A stretch of DNA of 64,000 bases, taken from Antedon mediterranea. Taxonomy: Eukaryota; Animalia; Echinodermata. The notes below the pieces were generated by a model. It saw only the letters and a list, made by a program, of their open reading frames with translations. It searched no databases and was not told the DNA's origin. Below are positions 60,401 through 64,000 of this stretch, piece by piece (position 1 is the stretch's first letter; each line of letters begins with the position of its first letter). The translations under genes were made by a program, and so were the position numbers. The stretch is from positions 26,226,001 to 26,290,000 of the forward strand of contig NC_092674.1 in the NCBI RefSeq assembly GCF_964355755.1. The letters are read 5' to 3'.

Positions 60401-62981
60401 ATATAATCCTGATATTGTTAAACCTCACTTGGCTTATCAAATTACTACAAAAATGCTGGCATAGTAATATAAATATTTATGTCACATTTTTAAAAGTCAA
60501 TCATTTCTACATATTTTGCTCTATAGACCTATAATTCTTAACTACTTATTTTGTTATTCATTTTATTGGTCTGCTGCATATTTGGGTTTCTATCTGGGGT
60601 TGCCCTAGCTTGCTTCATTGCAAGCTGTCCTATGCATTGTTACAGTATTCATTAGAAAAAATGTTGGAAATGTTTATGTTTTAATAGTTTCATAAAAAAT
60701 CATTAAATTTAATTATTAGTATTTTCATTTGATGTATATAATTGTTGCAAATTTTATACACATCCAACCGCAGGTGACTCACAAATTAGAAGTGGATATA
60801 GGCTATATCAGACTAAGCACCACTGCAATTAAGTGGAGTAGAAACAGTTGCGAGTTACTCCCCTGGTAATACTATTTATGTCAGGATTGAACCTAGGACC
60901 TTAGGATTGCAAGGCAATCATGTTAACCACCAAAGCCCCTTTCTCACAGATGTGCCTGCAATATACCGGTACAGTGCTGGCGTCGTGCCGGTATCGTTAC
61001 CGGCATATACCCATTCTCATCGGACTATCGTGCCGGAAATATAACCGGTATATACCGGCTTTCTGTGAGAAAGGAGTCGGGCATATTCGGCCAATAAAAA
61101 GTCTCTGACAAAATAATTATTGAGGGCGCCCTTTATTGTTATTGTTTTTGTCTAGCGATGATATGGCGGCGAATGTTAAGTTACAGATTATTATCTTCCT
61201 TTATAGCATATTTATGCAATACATGCTATGTACAGTATATTGTGCATATATTATACAGGTATAGCAATTAATTTGCCGTCATCGGCAATCTGTAAAACAC
61301 CTTAATTAGAAGGCTGTAGGCCTACAATTTACAAGGCGACGAAAGGTCAGGCACCAACAAACAAAGAGCTAATGGCCTAGCCTAGCGGCCTATATAGATT
61401 ATGCTACAAATTTCTTCTTGTCCCCTTATTTTAAGCAGCTCTCTTATCTCATTATCCCTTCAGTTCGACATTATTATTGTTAATTGAATTGAATAGGCGC
61501 CAAAGTGATACACTTGACTGCGCAAGGTGTCAAAGCCTCGACGGGGAACCCCGGAATATAACGGCAATACGTTCTCACAGAATGCCCGTCTGGCATTGCG
61601 GGGAATATCCCTAGAATATTACTAGGTCTAAAGCAGGTCATGTCGATGCCGGCATGGTGCCGGCATGATGCCAAGACGACCCGTTCTCACAGAAAACCAT
61701 ACCGGCATGGTAATGGTATATTCCCGCAATGTTCCTGGCACACAACTCTGTGAGAAAGGGGCTCAAGTTACAGCTCCACTACTTTTTCTAACTTCCTTAT
61801 ATTAATGCACGCCTTGTAAATTATAGTATGTCTCATGTCTTGCTCATTTTCAAACCCAATAAATAATTCTACATGAATTATACTTTCAGTCTAGGGTTAG
61901 TTGAAAATAGGCCAATTACCGTAACTTTCCTATACAATGATTGGTGAGCCTCTATTGAATCTAAATTAATTACCTTGTAATATCATAAAAAATAAGTGTA
62001 GTAGATTTGATTTAATATTTGTGATTTTTAATAATTTAAGGGAAAAAAGTCAAGAAAAACCTACAATGTTATTTTAAAAACATAAATCATTAAAACATAC
62101 ACAAATTTAGTAAGCTGGTATTTCTTCCTGGTAAAGCTACTAAACTTTAATCAATTTTACTCCTGGGTCAAGTGGCAACCAGGGGCTACCAGGATACAAT
62201 TCTGTATAATACAGTAAACAGAATGTATTATAGGGCCAACAAATCAATGGTGGATTGGGATTGGAGAAGGGGGGGGGGGGGGATAAGAATTATATCTAAC
62301 ATATAGAAAGCTTGATTGTACTATAATCTAACCAATTGAAAGCCTAATTGTACTATAGGCCTGCATTAGGCATTGTGAAAAAAAATCAACTAACCTGTCA
62401 GGTGACAATGGCCGGGTGAAGTGGGGAAGGCATCTAACCAATTGAAAGCCTAATTGTACTATTGGCCTGCATTAAGCATTGTGAAAAAAAAAACAACTAA
62501 CCTGTCAGGTGATGATGGACCATCTTTCACATGATTTTCAACGCAACCATTTGACATATCCGGAAATATTTCCATAATGTACGCTTCCGCACTGACCTCT
62601 GTCGATAACAAACGTATCAATTCAGAATCCTCGCAAGAACGAAGAATAATGTTTTTAAGTTCTTCCGAACGCTTGTCCGTTTCATGTATGCGTCGTTCTT
62701 TCCACCTTTCAAGTGACGACAATTGAGGATGCTCCGTTAAACTTGTTTTTGACAGCTTCCTGTTAATACAGTTTATATTTGATTCCTCTTGTTCGTGGGT
62801 ACTGTGACCGTTAGTTGGCAGAGAAAATCCGTTTGTAAATTCTGTTGTTATTGACGGGGAAATGCTTACGTCAGACGCAGGGGACAATGATGGGGTGATC
62901 GATGGAGATGTTTTGAAATCGCCGCCATCGTGAGATGGTCGATGGAATCTGTGACTATTGCCAACAACCTCTGAATTTGAT
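57487..62981 (-). CDS. SHROOM: Shroom family protein, 3' exons including the ASD2/SD2 (ROCK-binding) domain; 5' part probably beyond the window
   Basis: Exons 62981-62502, 59987-59843, 59463-59366, 58795-58621 and 57756-57487 are phase-compatible. Motifs YYISTSKA, ELINSISKKL, LLLSLSGRVARAENAL, QYEDAKTLK and DKIKLGEEQLQAL are typical of ASD2. Confidence 0.92.
58005..58400 (-). mobile_element. 3' fragment of an L2-clade LINE (ORF2 C-terminus plus 3' UTR)
   Basis: VESRITFKVLLHVYNCINNNAPCYLSNLL...RGLRS...FSKFGPVMWNELPSVIR...FKKAL*THLF is the usual L2/CR1 ORF2 tail; 3' UTR gtaaagcgctttgatc...aagcgctatataaat followed by (aat)n. Confidence 0.88.
58890..59125 (-). mobile_element. Degenerate tRNA-derived SINE (further family)
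   Basis: Reverse strand ttggacgcactatccagaggttgtgggttcgagctcc (B-box-like), followed by tcctttatccttc...ggtacc. Confidence 0.55.
59162..59300. mobile_element. MITE family A copy
   Basis: agctctgtccgcactatcaaact ... agtttgatagtgtagacagagat, taa flanks. Confidence 0.78.
60934..61763. mobile_element. 830-bp non-autonomous Harbinger-like element nested in a SINE head
   Basis: Perfect 17-bp TIRs agcccctttctcacaga / tctgtgagaaaggggct; exact 3-bp TSD caa/caa; subterminal ttctcacaga repeats. Confidence 0.85.
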
Positions 62982-63488
62982 CTGAAAAATACAATTTTTT
63001 AAGGAATTTAAATTCAATTTCAATGTAATACCATGAAGGAATATGTATACGACAAACATCCACAAGATTATGTTTAAATCAATAAATAATAAAAGAAAAT
63101 CAATATTTTCACTGTCAGTGTCGATGTACAGTATACATATAGTTAATGTTCAGTGGTAAAAATTAACAATAAATACCTCTAATAAAAGACCTCAAATTTA
63201 TCTGGCTTAGTTTAATACTACAGTGTAACTTAACTTAAGTGGTTTTTAATTGGAGGTAGACAAAATATTAAAATGTACAGAAGGGTTTAGTATGTCAAAT
63301 GGCAATCAGTACATGATGATCAAGACAGTGATATATGATAGGGGTGGAGAAGGCAGTGGGAATGATATAGGCGTACAAAATCAATATGATATAATATGCA
63401 TATAATATGACACAGTCAATACATCATATTGAACAAGTTAGTCACCAATAATTCACTTTCCCGTAAAGGAGCAAATATCTTTTAACAC

Positions 63489-63628
63489 TACAGTCAACCC
63501 CTATCCAGGGGGACATCCCTGTTAAAGGGACACTTTCCTATGAAACCAACAAGGGCAATACATTTTTTTAAACTATAGCCAATTGGGTTGTCCCCTAATT
63601 AAGGGGACACTTTATAGATTCTACTATA
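63489..63628. mobile_element. Tc1/pogo-like MITE remnant (ggggacac / gtgtcccc family)
   Basis: ta|cagtcaacccctatccagggggaca ... ttctacta|ta. Related remnants at 1-142, 24221-24305, 25160-25273, 34385-34514 and 35890-36020. Confidence 0.5.
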
Positions 63629-64000
63629 CATCAACAAAAAACCACTAATCTTTATTGGAACTAAGACCTTGGAGGAAAAAATATGCTAAAACCAAAATGC
63701 CCTATGAATGAATATTAAGAACCAACCTATACCACCACAAAAACCCTAACCTATTATCATTGTACTTAAAAAATCTTCAACAAGACACATAGTTAACGTA
63801 AGTAAGAAAACTAAATACCTTGTGAGACACCGCTTAGGTGTATAGTAATGAGAACAACCTGGACAAATCATTATCATACTTGCACAATAAAAATGATTTG
63901 AAATATTAATTTCAAACCAAGATCTGATGTTTCTTCTAGCTAGATTATAGATGACACTGCTATTATAATACCAACACAACCTCTACCAGAAACTGCTAGA

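Noticed and set aside
62161-62201. Extra Shroom exon (LYPGSPWLPLDPG) bounded by AG/GT
   Set aside because: In the phase required by the neighbouring exons it contains TAG, and its length is not frame-preserving.

Overview
AT-rich, intron-dense animal genomic DNA, probably a marine invertebrate deuterostome (inference from the ST6GalNAc gene, Deu/Nin-like SINEs and vertebrate-like exon structure). Nine spliced protein genes were rebuilt by hand: MTMR6/7/8 (-, runs off the left edge), NUDCD2 (+), GEMIN5 (-), MRPL22 (+), SMU1 (-), WDR61/SKI8 (+), LRMDA-like (+), an ST6GalNAc III-VI-type sialyltransferase (-) and the 3' part of Shroom (-, runs off the right edge). Six of them form three head-to-head pairs. 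Introns hold many non-autonomous DNA transposons (Harbinger-, P-, hAT-, Kolobok- and Merlin-like), several tRNA-derived SINE families, an L2 3' fragment and minisatellites. Most notable: U12-type introns in two adjacent genes, inverted MITE copies bracketing a 49-nt NUDCD2 exon, a 1.5-kb long-TIR element with an exact 8-bp TSD, a duplicated splice junction creating a candidate in-frame 39-nt Shroom micro-exon, a GC-AG intron in GEMIN5 and SINE tail swapping. I found no CRISPR array, rRNA, intact tRNA or clearly novel multi-gene system. All homology calls are from recall, not database searches.
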